A stretch of DNA of 64,000 bases from Squalus acanthias (Eukaryota), in assembly GCA_030390025.1 (NCBI GenBank), contig CM059431.1, positions 116,004,001 to 116,068,000 on the forward strand, given 5' to 3'. Position numbers and translations under genes: made by a program. The stretch's first letter is position 1; every line of letters begins with the position of its first letter. This document shows, piece after piece, positions 38,402 through 50,138 of this stretch. The notes under the pieces are model-generated. The model saw only the letters and a list, made by a program, of their open reading frames with translations. It made no database searches and was not told the DNA's origin.

Positions 38402-40175
38402 GAAGTAAGATAAGAACATAAGAAATAGGAGCAGGAGTAGGCCATTCGGCCCTTCGATCCTGCTCTGCCATTCAATGAGATCATAGCTGATCTTCTGCCT
38501 CAACTCCATTCACCAGCCCTATCGCCATATCCCTTGATGCCCTTACTAGTCAGAAATCTATTGACTTCTGTTTTGAATATACCCAATGACTGAGCCTCCA
38601 CAGCCCTCTGGGGTAGAGAATTCCAAAGATTCACCACCCTCTGTGTGAAGAAATGTTTTCTCTTCTCAGTCCTGAATGACCTACCCTTTATCTTGAGGCT
38701 GTTGCCCTAGTTCTAGACTCCCCAGCTAAGGGAAACAATCTCCCAACATCCATCCTATCAAGCCCTGTAATAATTTTGTATGCTTCAATGAGATCCCCTC
38801 TCATTCTTCTGAATTCAAGAGAATACAGGCTTAGTTTACTCAATCTCTTCTCATACGACAGTCCCGCCATCCCAGGAATCAATCTCGTGAATCTTCGTTG
38901 CACTCCCTCTATGGCAAGTATATCCTTCCTTAGGTAAGGAGACCAAAATTGTACACAGTACTCCAGGTGTGGTCTCACCAAGGCCCTATATAATTGGAGT
39001 AAGACTTCTTTACTCCTGTACTCAAATCCTCTTGTAATGAAGGCCAGCATACCATTTGCCTTCCTAATGGCTTGCTGCACCTCCACATTCACTTTCAGTG
39101 ACTCATGTACAAGAACACCCAGGACCCTTTGAGCATCTGCATTCCCCAATCTTTCACCATTTAGGAAATACTCTGCCTTTCTGTTTTTCCTACCAAAGTG
39201 GATAACTTCACATTTATCCACATTATATTCCATCTGCCATGTTCTCGCCCACTCATTGAGCCTGTTGAGATCCCCTTGAAGCCTCTTCACATCCTCTTCG
39301 CAACTGACACTGCCACCTAGCTTTGTATCATCAGCAAATTTGGAAATGTTACATTTAGTCCCCTCATCCAAATCATTGATATAGATTGTGAATAGCTGGG
39401 GCCCAAACACCAATCCTTGCGGTACCCCACTAGTCACAGCCTGCCATCCTGAAAAAGATCCGTTTATCCCTACTCTTTGTTTTCTGTCTGTTAACTAATT
39501 CTCAATCCATGCTAGTATATTACCCCCAATTCCATGTGCCCTAATTTTGTTCACCAACCTCTTGTGTGGGACTTATCGAAGGCCTTCTGAAAATCCAGAT
39601 ACACCACATCTATTGGTTCCCCTTTGTCTACTCCACTAGTTACATCCTCAAAGAACTCCAATAGGTTTGTCAAACAGGATTTCCCTTTCATAAATCCATG
39701 TTGACTCTGCCCAATCTTACTATTAGTTTCTAAGTGCCTAGTTATTGCATCCTTTGTAATAGATTCCAGCATTTTCCCAAATACTGATGTGAGGCTAACA
39801 GGTCTGCAGTTCCCCGTTTTCTCTCTCCCTCCTTTCTTAAATAGCGGGGTTACATTTGCTATCCTCCAATCTGCAGGAACCGTTCCAGAATCTATAGAAT
39901 TCTGGAAGATGACAACTAATGCGTCCACTATTCCAATGGTCACCTCTTTCAAAACCCTAGGATGTAGGTCATCTGGTCCTTGGGATTTATCGACTTTTAG
40001 TCCCATTAATTTTGCTAGCACTGTTTTTTTACTAATAATTTCTTTAAGTTCCTTATTCTCGTCACACCCATGGTTTTCTTGCATTTCTGGGAGGTTTTTT
40101 GTGTCTTCCTCCGTGAAGACAGAAACAAAAGTATTTATTTAATTTCTCTGCCATTTTCTCATTCTCCATTATAAA
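38402..40175 (-). mobile_element. 5'-truncated CR1 LINE
   Basis: RT ORFs 38688..39437 and 39551..40084. (TTCTTATG)n tail at ~38405-38425. Confidence 0.93.
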
Positions 40176-40328
40176 TCACAATATCTGTAGCTCATACTCC
40201 AGCTCAACAACGCTGAGCCGAAGTTCCTCAGAAATCCAACCACTGAAGCCCAACAGCGCTACAATGAATAAAATATCGATTGAATAAAAGCTTTAACTAA
40301 TTAGTGAATAAATAAAACAAGGTTAGAG

Positions 40329-41276
40329 ATGGTAGGGCAGGTGGTGTGTCGTAACTGCAGCATGTGGGAGTTTGTGGAGAGCATCGTCATCCCGAGCAAC
40401 CACATCTGCAGTAAGTGTCTGCAACTCGAGGAACTTCGGCTCAGCGTTGTTGAGCTGGAGTATGAGCAGCAGATATTGCGATGCATCAGGGAGGGGGAGA
40501 GTTACCTGGACACTTTGTTCCAGGAGGCAGTCACACCCTTTAGGTTAAGTAGTACTTTAGAGTTCATCAGGTGATCAGGGACAGGAGGGTGTGACTGCGA
40601 GTCAGGCAGGTATTGGGACCCAGGATGTTGTGATGGAGGAGCCTCACCCCTTGACCTTGTCCAACAGGTACGAGGTACTTGCTACCAGTATGGATGAGGA
40701 AAAGGACTGCAAGGAGGATGGGTAAACTGAACACGGCACTGTGGTACAGATGGCCATCCAAGTGGGGGAAGAAGGAAGGAATGTGGAAGTGGTTGGGGAC
40801 AGTATAGTCAGGGGGATAGATACTGCTCTCTGCAGCTGCGAAAGAGAGTCCCAAAGGCTGTGTTGCCTGCCCGGTGCCAGAGTTAAGGATATCTCGTCGC
40901 GGCTGGAGAAGAACTTGGAGTGGAGGGGGAGGATCCAGTTGTCGTGGTCCATGTAGGAACCAACGACATAGGTAGAACTAAGAATGAGGTTCTGCTGAGG
41001 GAGTTTGAGGAGCTAGGGTCTAAATTAATAAGTAGAACCTCAAGGGTAATAATCTTTGGATTACTACCTGAGCCACGCACAAATTGGCAGATCAGAGAGT
41101 TAAATGCATGGCTCAAAGAGTGGTGTGGGAAGAAGGGGTTTCAATTCATGGGGCACTGGCACCAGTACTAGGGAAAGAGGGAGCTGTTCCGTCGGCATGG
41201 GCTCCACTTAAACTGGGCTGGAACCAGCGTCCTGGCGAATCAAATAACAAGGGCTGTAGATAGCGCTTTAAACTAA
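40329..41276 (+). pseudogene. CR1 ORF1: CxxC..CxxC zinc finger, leucine zipper and SGNH esterase
   Basis: MVGQVVCRNCSMWE..ICSKCLQLEELRLSVVELE; GDSIVRG; CLPGARVKD; HVGTND. Has frameshifts and stops. Confidence 0.85.
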
Positions 41277-42383
41277 AAAAAGTGGGGGAGGGGTCAGATG
41301 AGGGGAAATTTAGAAATCTAAAGAGAAAGGTCAAGGCAATAGAGCAGTGTAGCGATTTGGCTAAAAAATAAGTAAAGTGTGACAGGAAGGGACAGAGAGT
41401 TTAACGGTAGCAGTGCAGCAGAGAATAAGGTCAAAGCAGGGAACAATGGTAAAAAAATCAAATTAAATGCTCTTTATCTGAATGCACAAAGCATTCGTAA
41501 CAAGATAGATGAACTAATGGCACAAATAGAGATAAATGGGTTTGATCTAATAGCCATTACAGAGATGTGGTTGCAAGGTGACCAAGGTTGCAAACTAAAT
41601 GTTCCAGGGTACTTGATGTTTCGAAAAGACAGGCAGAATGGAAAAGGAGGGGGAGTAACCCTGATAATAAAGGATGACATAAGGAGAGTAGAGAGAAAGG
41701 ATCTTGGCTTTGAAGATGAGGAAGTAGAATCAGTATGGGTGGAGATAAGGAATAACAAGAAGCAGAAAACACTGGTGGGAGTAATATGTAGCCACCCTAA
41801 CAGTAGCTATACCATTGGACAGAATATTAAGCAAGAAATAGTAAGAGCTTGTAACAAAGGTAATGCAATAATTGTGGGGGACTTTAATCTTCATATAGAC
41901 TGGACAAATCAAATTGGCAAAGGTAGTCTGGAGGACGAGTTCATGGAATGCATTCGGGACAGATTCCTAGAATAATACATCATGGAACCAACCAGAGAAC
42001 AGGCTATTTTAGACCTTGTATTCTGTAATTAGACAGGGTTAATTAGCAATCTCATAGTAAAGGATTCTCTGGGGTAGAGTGATCATAATACGATAGAATT
42101 TCACGTTAAGTTTGAGAGTGACTTGCCTAAGTCCGAAACTAGAGTCTTAAACTTAAATAAAGCAACAAAATAGGTATGAGGGGCGAGTTGGCTAAGGTAG
42201 ATTGGAAAAATAGATTAAAAGTTATGGCGGTAGATAAGCAGTGGCTAGCATTTAAAGAAATATTTCATAATTCTCAACAAAAATACATTCCATTGAGAAA
42301 CAAAAACTCCACGGGAAAAGTGATCCATCCGCGGCTAACTAAACAAGTTAAGGATAGCATTAGATTGAAAGAAGAAACTTATA

Positions 42384-43125
42384 GGGCCGAAAATTGATCC
42401 CGGGACGCGAGAGTACGCACTGCGTACTCTCGCGTATTCCCACTCCAATTGCCGGTTTTCTGCATGCCCTGCGCATGCGCTGAAAACCGGCAATTGCTCT
42501 TCTGAAAAGGGGGCGGGTCCTCGGTGCATCGCGTGCGCGCTACAGGCTGCGCGCACGCTGTGCACTTCATGCTTTGGACGCGCAGGTAAGTACGGAAGAT
42601 TTTGGAAATGTAAAAAGGAGGAGTAAGACCCACTTTTAAGAAGGTAAGTAGTGAATTAAGTATTTTTTTGAATTTTTTTAACAGGTATATCTTTTTTAGA
42701 GACTTTAAAGACAGGTAAGTTTATTTTTATAACTTTTTAAAAGATTTTAAATTTTTTCAAAAATTTAATTTTTTATTTAAAATGGTTAATTTAATTAACT
42801 ATACTTATTTTATTAATGTGATGGTTTTTTTTTAAATTTAATTGAGGTTTAGCTGTTATTTTGGGGGGGTGTAAGATTCATAGATTTCACAGCAGGTCTG
42901 TGAAACTTATGAATGGAAGATGGTGTGCTGCCATTGGCTCTAACTGAGTCACGTGATCCCACAGCTCGCACGAATTCACTACGCCGGTGGGATACGCAAG
43001 CACTGCACAGCAGCTGTCCAGAACATCAAGTTCGTGCGAGCTGGATCTGAAAAAGCACAAGCGAGGTGAGACATCGCGGGGAAGGCTTACCCCCGCGGGA
43101 ACAGAGCGAGATCAATTTCTGGGCC
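42384..43125. mobile_element. CpG-rich MITE (Harbinger-type ends)
   Basis: TIR GGGCCGAAAATTGATC / GATCAATTTCTGGGCC. TSD ATA (42381-42383, 43126-43128). CR1 reads through once the insert is removed. Confidence 0.88.
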
Positions 43126-44226
43126 ATAATGTTGTGAAGAATAATAGTAAGCCTGAGGATTGGGTGAGTTTCAGAAACAAGCAAAGGATGATCAAAAAAT
43201 AGATAAAAAGGGAAAAAATAGAATGAGAGAAAACTAGCAAGAAATATTAAAACAGATCGTAAGAGCTTCTACAAGCATGTAAAAAGGAAGAGAGTAGCAA
43301 AAGTAAATGTTGGTCCCTTAGAGGCTGAGACAGAAGAAATTACTATGGGGAATAAGGAAATGGCAGAAACGTTAAACAAATATTTTGTATCTGTCTTCAC
43401 AATAGAAGACAAAAAAAGCATACCAAAAATGGTGGGAAACCAAGGGTCTAATGAGGGTGAGGAACTTAACGTAATTAATATAAGTAGAGAAAAAGTACTA
43501 GAGAAACTAATGGGACTAAAAGCCAACAAATCACCTGGACCTGATGGCCTACATCCTAGGGTTCTAAAAGAGGTGGCTGCAGAGATAGTGGATGCATTGG
43601 TTTTGATCTTCCAAAATTCCCTAAATTCTAGAACGGTCCCAGCAGATTGGAAGGTAGCAAAAGTAACACCGCTGTTCAAGAAAGGAGGGAGAGAGAAAAC
43701 AGGGAACTACAGGCCAGATAGCCTGTCATCAGTCATCGGGAAAATGCTGGCATCCATTCTTAAGGAAGTGGTGTCAAGGCACTTAGAAAATAATAACATG
43801 ATTAGGCAGAGTCAACATGGTTTTATGAAAGGGAAATCATGTTTGACAAATTTATTAGAGTTTTTTGAGGATGTAACTAGCCGGGTAGATAAAGGGGAAC
43901 CAGTGGATGGAGTATATTTGGATTTCCAAAGGCATTCGATAAGGTGCTACATACAAGGTTATTACACAAGAAAAGGGCTCATGGGGTTGGGGGGTAATAC
44001 AATGGATAGAGGATTGGTAAATGGACAGAAAACAGAGAGTAGGGATAAACGGGTCTTTTCCAGGTTGGCAAACTGTACATTGTGGGGTGCCGCAAGGATC
44101 AGTGCTAGGGCCTCAGCTATTTACAATCTATATTAATGACCGAGATGAAGAGACCGAGTGTAATGTATCCAAGTTTGCTGATGATAAAAAGCTAGGTGGG
44201 ACAGTAATCTGTGAGGAGAACACAAT

Positions 44227-45955
44227 GGGCTTGATTTTAACAGCCCTGAGGAGGCGGGTCTGGGCTCGATTTTAACAGCCCTGAGGAGGCGGGTCTGGAG
44301 GCGGATCAGCTGCTAAAATCGGAAAAAATGGCTTCAGAGAAACAACCCGCCTCCATCCCGCCCCCACGCGATTTTCGGGAGTGTCTGTTCAGCTGCTCCC
44401 AAACTGACCCAACTCCAACCGGTAGTTAAGGCAGTTAAGAGCCTGTTAATTGCCTCGATAATCCATTTTGACAGAGGTTTCCCATTTTCGTGGCTCTGGC
44501 TCCTGTTTCCCGGCGTGTCAGAAACAATCCTGCTGCAAGGAGACGAGTTGGTGGAGAACATGATCTGTAGTCATTATTGGTGCAGAACTTTAAAAGCGCT
44601 CCTGTGACATGGCTGGCATTCAAATGAAACAACTTTGTTGTTGGAGGTTTGGGATAAGATTTTGCAAATCTACTGACCTTGTGACCGTTCAAGGTGACAC
44701 ACATCTGCTGCTTGAACTGATTGGAATAATTTCAGGCCACTTTGAGTGTGCGCTTGCAAGCTTCTTGCCTCAACTGAAATCCATAACAACAGGATGGGAA
44801 CCATTTACATCCTCTCATCCTGGTCGTCAGATTCGGAGGAAGAGCAGCGCGGCTTAGTGCTGCCGGATGAACAAGTGGCTCAGCACACAGCCTCCTTGGA
44901 GGAAGATGAAGATGAAGATGAAGATGAAGAGGACGAGGAAGAGGACGAGGAAGAGGACGGGGAGTAACGCCTTGCGGGGCCAGATGTGGCCAATCCAGCA
45001 GCAGGCGACCCCATTGCTGGGCATCAGGCAAGGGATCCACTCATCCATGCCAGATTCGTGTAAGCTTACGCTTCAACCACAGGTGGCTGGCACATGGAGA
45101 TGAATATAAGTCCGACATTCTCAAAACCCCAGGCATCATCTGTCCAATAAACGGTGATATGCACTCAGTGTCACCACCAACATTCTACATGGAAATCACC
45201 CTGAGCCCTCACTCTTGAACTTCCATTTCCCAGAACACAGAGGCCACACTTTAGGTGATCTCAGCAGATCATTAAACCTTTTTCCACACTGAACCCATGT
45301 GCATCTGCAAAAGACCTCGAGCTCACCTCCTCAGCAATTTGCAGCCAAGCTGCCTTGGTTTACTGAGGAGGCCTCCTCCTTCCGTTTCCAGGGAAGAGGA
45401 GCTACTGATGTCCTCTAACTCCCTCAAAAAGAGCATGGAGAGAGCCCTCATTGAACCTGGGTGCAGCCTTAGTTATTGGGGCTGCCGTTCCTGCAGCAGC
45501 CAGCACCTTGAAGAGAAAAATGCATTAATATTACGAAGCCAATGATTGGAACAAATCTGGCATCTTTTTCATTTCATAGTCAAATAATAAATTGATTTAT
45601 AAAAAAATCGTACATATCTTTCTGGAATAATATGACCAGCAATTTCATTCATTAAATTTTGTTCAGAGCAGACGCTGTCAACTCCCCTTTCTATATAATA
45701 CAGCACCAATCCATCCCATTGACATTTTTCCCAAAGGGGACATGGCCCCTTTAAATTTTCATCCAACCAACGCATCATCAGACGCGAGAAACTGACAGCC
45801 TCCAAGCAATTGCCTGGAGGGACCCTCACGTCGGCCGTAACGAGGCCAATCAAGGTAAAATACCAAGTCCTGGGAGGCGGCAGCTGGGAGTGGGTCGGAA
45901 AGCCTCTGAGCAGCGGAACCGCACTCAACCCGTCTCCATTAGTAAAATCGTGGCC
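44227..45955. mobile_element. Non-autonomous Harbinger derivative inside the CR1 RT
   Basis: Ends GGGCTTGATTTTAAC / GTAAAATCGTGGCC. Fused transposase N- and C-termini 44793-45063 (+). Myb exon-1 remnant 45290-45470 (-): AAPRFNEGSL..TKAAWLQIAEEV. Confidence 0.82.
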
Positions 45956-46942
45956 AAATAGTCTGCAAAGGGATATAGATAGACTAAGTGAGTGGGCAGT
46001 AAGGTGGCAGATGGAGTATAATGTAAGGAAATGTGAGGTTATTCACTTTGGTCGGAAGAATAGAAAAGCAGAATATTTCTGCAATGGTGAGAAACTTTCA
46101 AATGTTGGTGTTCAGAGAGATTTGGGTGTCCTCGTGCAAGAAACACAGAAAGCTAGCATACAAGTACAGCAAGCAATAAGGAAGGCAAATGACATGTTGG
46201 CCTTTGTTGCAAGGGGGTTGGAGTATAAGAGTAAGGAAGTCTTGCTACGATTGTACAGGGCCTTGGTGAGACCACACCTGGAGTACTGTGCACAGTTTTG
46301 GTCTCCTTATCTAAGGAAGGATATACTTGCCTTGGAGGCGGTGTAACGAAGGTTCACTAGATTGATTCCTGGGATGAGAGGGCTGTCCTATGATGAGAGA
46401 TTGTGTAGAATGGGCCTATATTCTCTGGAGTTTAGAAGAATGAGAGGTGTTCTCATTGAAACATACAAGATTCTGAAGGGGATTGACAGGGTAGATGCTG
46501 AGAGATTGTTTCCCCTGGCTGGAGTATCTAGAACTAGGGGGCATAGTCTCAGGATAAGGGGTAGACCATTTAAGACTGAGATGAGGAGGAATTTCTTCAC
46601 TCAGAGGGTTGTGAATCTTTGGAATTCTCTGCCCCAGAGTATATTCAAGGCTGAGAGAGTTAGGGCTCGATTTTGCCAGTGTGGGTGGGCTGGGGCGTGT
46701 CAGGAGGGATTCGTGTCAGGACACCGACTCCTAAGTGAAGTGTTGAAAAATTGCGATTTTCCCCTAATTGGGCAATTGATTTCCTGCGTGTGGGAATCAC
46801 TGGCCCAATGAGTCTTTTCATACAGAAAGTCGCCTCCGATGACATTATCAATGCTGTTGGATTTAAGGCCTGCAAGCAGCCTTGATTCTTCTGGAGACTG
46901 GAAACGCTTTGGACATTGTATGAAGGACTTCATTTACCGACC

Positions 46943-48780
46943 ATGTACACCAGCAAGCAAAAGTGTGCACCTCGCTTTGATGAGCCCTACCTAAAAGCTC
47001 TGGTGCAGGGAGCAAGATCTAATAAGGAGGTGCTCTTCCCTTCCTCAGGGAGAAAAAAGCCACCACAACAGACTAAAGCTGTGTGGCTGCAAGTGGCCCA
47101 GGAGGTCAATGCCATCTCTCTGTGCTGCAGAACCTGGCTGCAGTGCAGGAAGAGGTTTCATGACCTTCTCCGCACAGGAAAAGTGAGTATGACTTTCCCA
47201 TCACCCTCAATCTGAGCCCCATCGCCTCTCCTCACCAACACTCAGCTTTGCCAACCTCTTCTTCCACATCCCACTTGACACTGACATCCTGCACCCTTAC
47301 CCATTCCCTCTCTCTCTATGGTCACATTCACTTAACTATTCGACCATGCAGCCCTCACACTCCCTATCACTGTGACGCAATAACAACAACTTACAACACA
47401 CAGGGAGGGTCCTTTGTCTCCTTCTAAGCATCTATGCTATGGATTCTCTACACTCACTCCTTCATTCTCACTCAAACTCCACTTGTGTCCCTCATTGCAG
47501 GAAAAGAGAGCCCACAATAAGAGGGAAAGAGCCATGACAGGAGGAGGGCCACCCTCAGTAGCCCAGCTCACCACCTCGAAGGAGGCGGCCCTGGAAATTG
47601 CCGGGATCGAGGAGGATTCCCAAGTGGGAGATGGACAGGCGGGCACATCACAGCAAGCTGGTGACAGACTAGTTTGGCATCTCTCTCATTGACATTGCAT
47701 GAGTCACTGATAATGATTCGGATGCTCTAACAGATTGACTTATGAACATCTGCACAATTCAATGTGCATGCAACCTTTACCTCACATCTCTAACTCTTTC
47801 CTTTACTCCCCACAGGACCATCGAGAGCCCCTGTCCCCACTGTCCAGGAGGAAGAGCCTGAGCTTCCAGACTCCTCAGAGGAAGCTGCAACCTCTGAGGG
47901 TGCTCCGTCAGCAGAATTAAGCGCACCCTGCACCAGCGCAGACACTCACACCTCGGTGGGACCTTCAGGACATAGAGTAGAGTTGTCACCTGGTGTATCA
48001 CAGCTCACAAGTGAGCATCAGCAGATGGTGGAGATAGGGACAGCAGTGGAGAGTCCTCGTCGCAGTGGAGAGGATGCTCCCAGCTCGGCTCCGCTACATA
48101 TCGACCCTGTGCCTCCGGGTCCATCCAGAAGGAGAGCGGTGCTGGAACTCCAGGAACAGGTGCAGGAGTCTCTGGCAGGTTTTGTCTCCAGGGTCGCTGC
48201 GAGTGTGGAGCGAATGGAGGAGTCCATCGCGAACATGAGAAGAGCCTTTATGGAGGCGTTGGCGCATGAACGTATCACCACAGAAAGGATGGCAACCTCC
48301 TTGGAAAGGATGGCTACGGTAGAGGAGAGGATGGCTATGTCCATGGAGGAGCTGAGTCGCCAGGGTATGGAAAACATGGTCATTGTTCAGAATAGACTGA
48401 CATCTCTTGAGGAGCGATGGTCAGCTATTGAGCAAACAAACCAGACCTTCATGCAAGTCCTCTGGAGTAGGACTTCCAGTGCAGAAATGGGTCCTCATGG
48501 CCCCCCTGCAGTGCAGCAAGGTGCTGTCCAGCCACTTGCTAGCTCTGAAGTGGGGCTAACCCATGAGAGGGATGTTGGTGGCATGCAACGAGCAAGTGGG
48601 GGCTCCTCTCCAAGCGCTCACACGACCATGCCACTGCAGAGCCCTCGGTCAGAGCCCCACCAGAGTCCTCACCCAACTGAGATCGACGTCTCAACCCCGC
48701 AGGAGCAGCCTGTTGCCGAGCCCTCACAGGTTCGCAAACCCAGAGGACGGCCGCCAAAGGTGTCGAGACAGGAGCAGTAA
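46943..48780 (+). CDS. Harbinger Myb/SANT-like DNA-binding protein, join(46943..47182,47501..47660,47816..48780), 454 aa
   Basis: Canonical GT-AG introns give one open frame. N-terminal APRF..L..LV..LF..W..VA..VN..RTW.QCRKRF.DL Myb/SANT signature, ERM-repeat coiled-coil region, KPRGRPPK AT-hook. Confidence 0.82.
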
Positions 48781-49128
48781 GAAAGTGAGCAAGGGGCTTC
48801 CACATCTGCTGAAGCCACAGGGGAAGCACCACGTAGGAGCACGCGTAAGAGCAAGATAATGCACAAGTAGTCACAAGGGTAGTCACTTGGGTGTAATGTT
48901 GTGTTTAATTTTGAAATGCCATCAGTTGCTTATTGTCATAAAAAATTCTGATGGCAAACTGTTGCAGTTGTGGCGTGTGTTATTTCGCTAATGGGACTTC
49001 CACATTGAGGGCTTAGAGCGACTTGCAATTGTCAGTATGGTGGTCAGAGTGATAGAAATCCACAGGTTATTGACCATTGTCGATGCTCTGATAAGAAGGT
49101 GCGAGGCAAAAGTGTTTGATTGTGCAGG

Positions 49129-49533
49129 CTAAGCAAATCTGGCCAAGATGAGTGCGTCCCTTGCATCCCGGGCAGCAATGTGGTCGCGCGCTGGCGCCTT
49201 CTGGCGTGTGCAGCTTCAGGTGGGTGAGCAGCAGCTTGGCGCTCCTGTTGTTGCTGCTGCTGTTGGTGCTGCTGTTGTTCAGGGTTCTACTGCTGTTGTT
49301 CAGGGTTCTGCTGCTGTTGTTCAGGGTTCTGCTGCTGTTGTTCAGGGTTCTGCTGCTGTTGTTCAGGGTTCTACTGCTGTTGTTCAGGGTTCTGCTGCTG
49401 TTGTTCAGGGTTCTGCTGCTGTTGTTCAGGGTTCTACTGCTGTTGTTCAGGGTTCTACTGCTGTTGTTCATGGTTCTGCTGCTGCCGCGGCTGGTCTGAT
49501 TTCCAGGAGGAAAGGGAATAAACGGTTCCCATG
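49129..49533 (-). pseudogene. Internally deleted Harbinger transposase (N-terminus fused to C-terminus)
   Basis: MGTVYSLSSWKSDQPRQQQ.. then a Q-rich repeat, then ..DHIAARDARDALILARFA*. No DDE core. Confidence 0.7.
49268..49483. repeat. 21-bp minisatellite, about 10 copies
   Basis: Unit GTTCAGGGTTCT(A/G)CTGCTGTT. Confidence 0.95.
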
Positions 49534-50138
49534 CTTCTGGTATATGCCTCAGTTGAGGAAGTGCTCAGTCAAGGTGGCGAGAGGGGTTTCCCAGGAGGTC
49601 ACAGTGGAGATGGGTGTCAGGCTCCAAACTTCCACAACAATGGGTATGCCTGCTAAGAGTTCCCCCAGACCTGAGACAACAAAGCTCTGCCACCTGCAAA
49701 TGATGATTGCTGAAAACTCCTTTTTAATGGTGGAGCTGCAGCTGTTCGTAAGCAATCCACTTGTGAGGCCGCCAGGATTCACTGGCGTGTTTCAGAGGAG
49801 ACGTGAAGCACGTGGAAAAAGTGGTAAAATCAGAAAGGCCTCTCAAAGTGGGATTATAGAGACACTTAACTGGTTGTTAAGGGCCTTAAGGGCCTATCCC
49901 ACCTCTTGGAGGCGGGATGGAAATGGGGTCAGAAAACACGCATTTGGGAAAATTGTTCGGAGGCGGGATGGAGGCGGGTTCGGGCCCGCCCACCATTTTT
50001 TGCGATTTTACCACCTCACACGCCTCCAATCCCACCTCCTCGGGCCTGGCAAAATCGAGCCCATAAATTTTTGGACTCCAGGGGAATCAAGGGATATGGA
50101 GATCGGGCGGGAAAGTGGAGTTGAGGCTGAAGATCAGC

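Larger units (their letters stand above)
46663..50062. mobile_element. Harbinger derivative retaining the Myb/SANT gene, transposase core deleted
   Basis: Perfect 17-bp TIR GGGCTCGATTTTGCCAG / CTGGCAAAATCGAGCCC. Flanks TTA / ATA. CR1 3' end resumes at 50063. Confidence 0.92.

Noticed and set aside
49268..49483. CRISPR-like array
   Set aside because: Head-to-tail 21-mers with no unique spacers, no cas genes, eukaryotic context.
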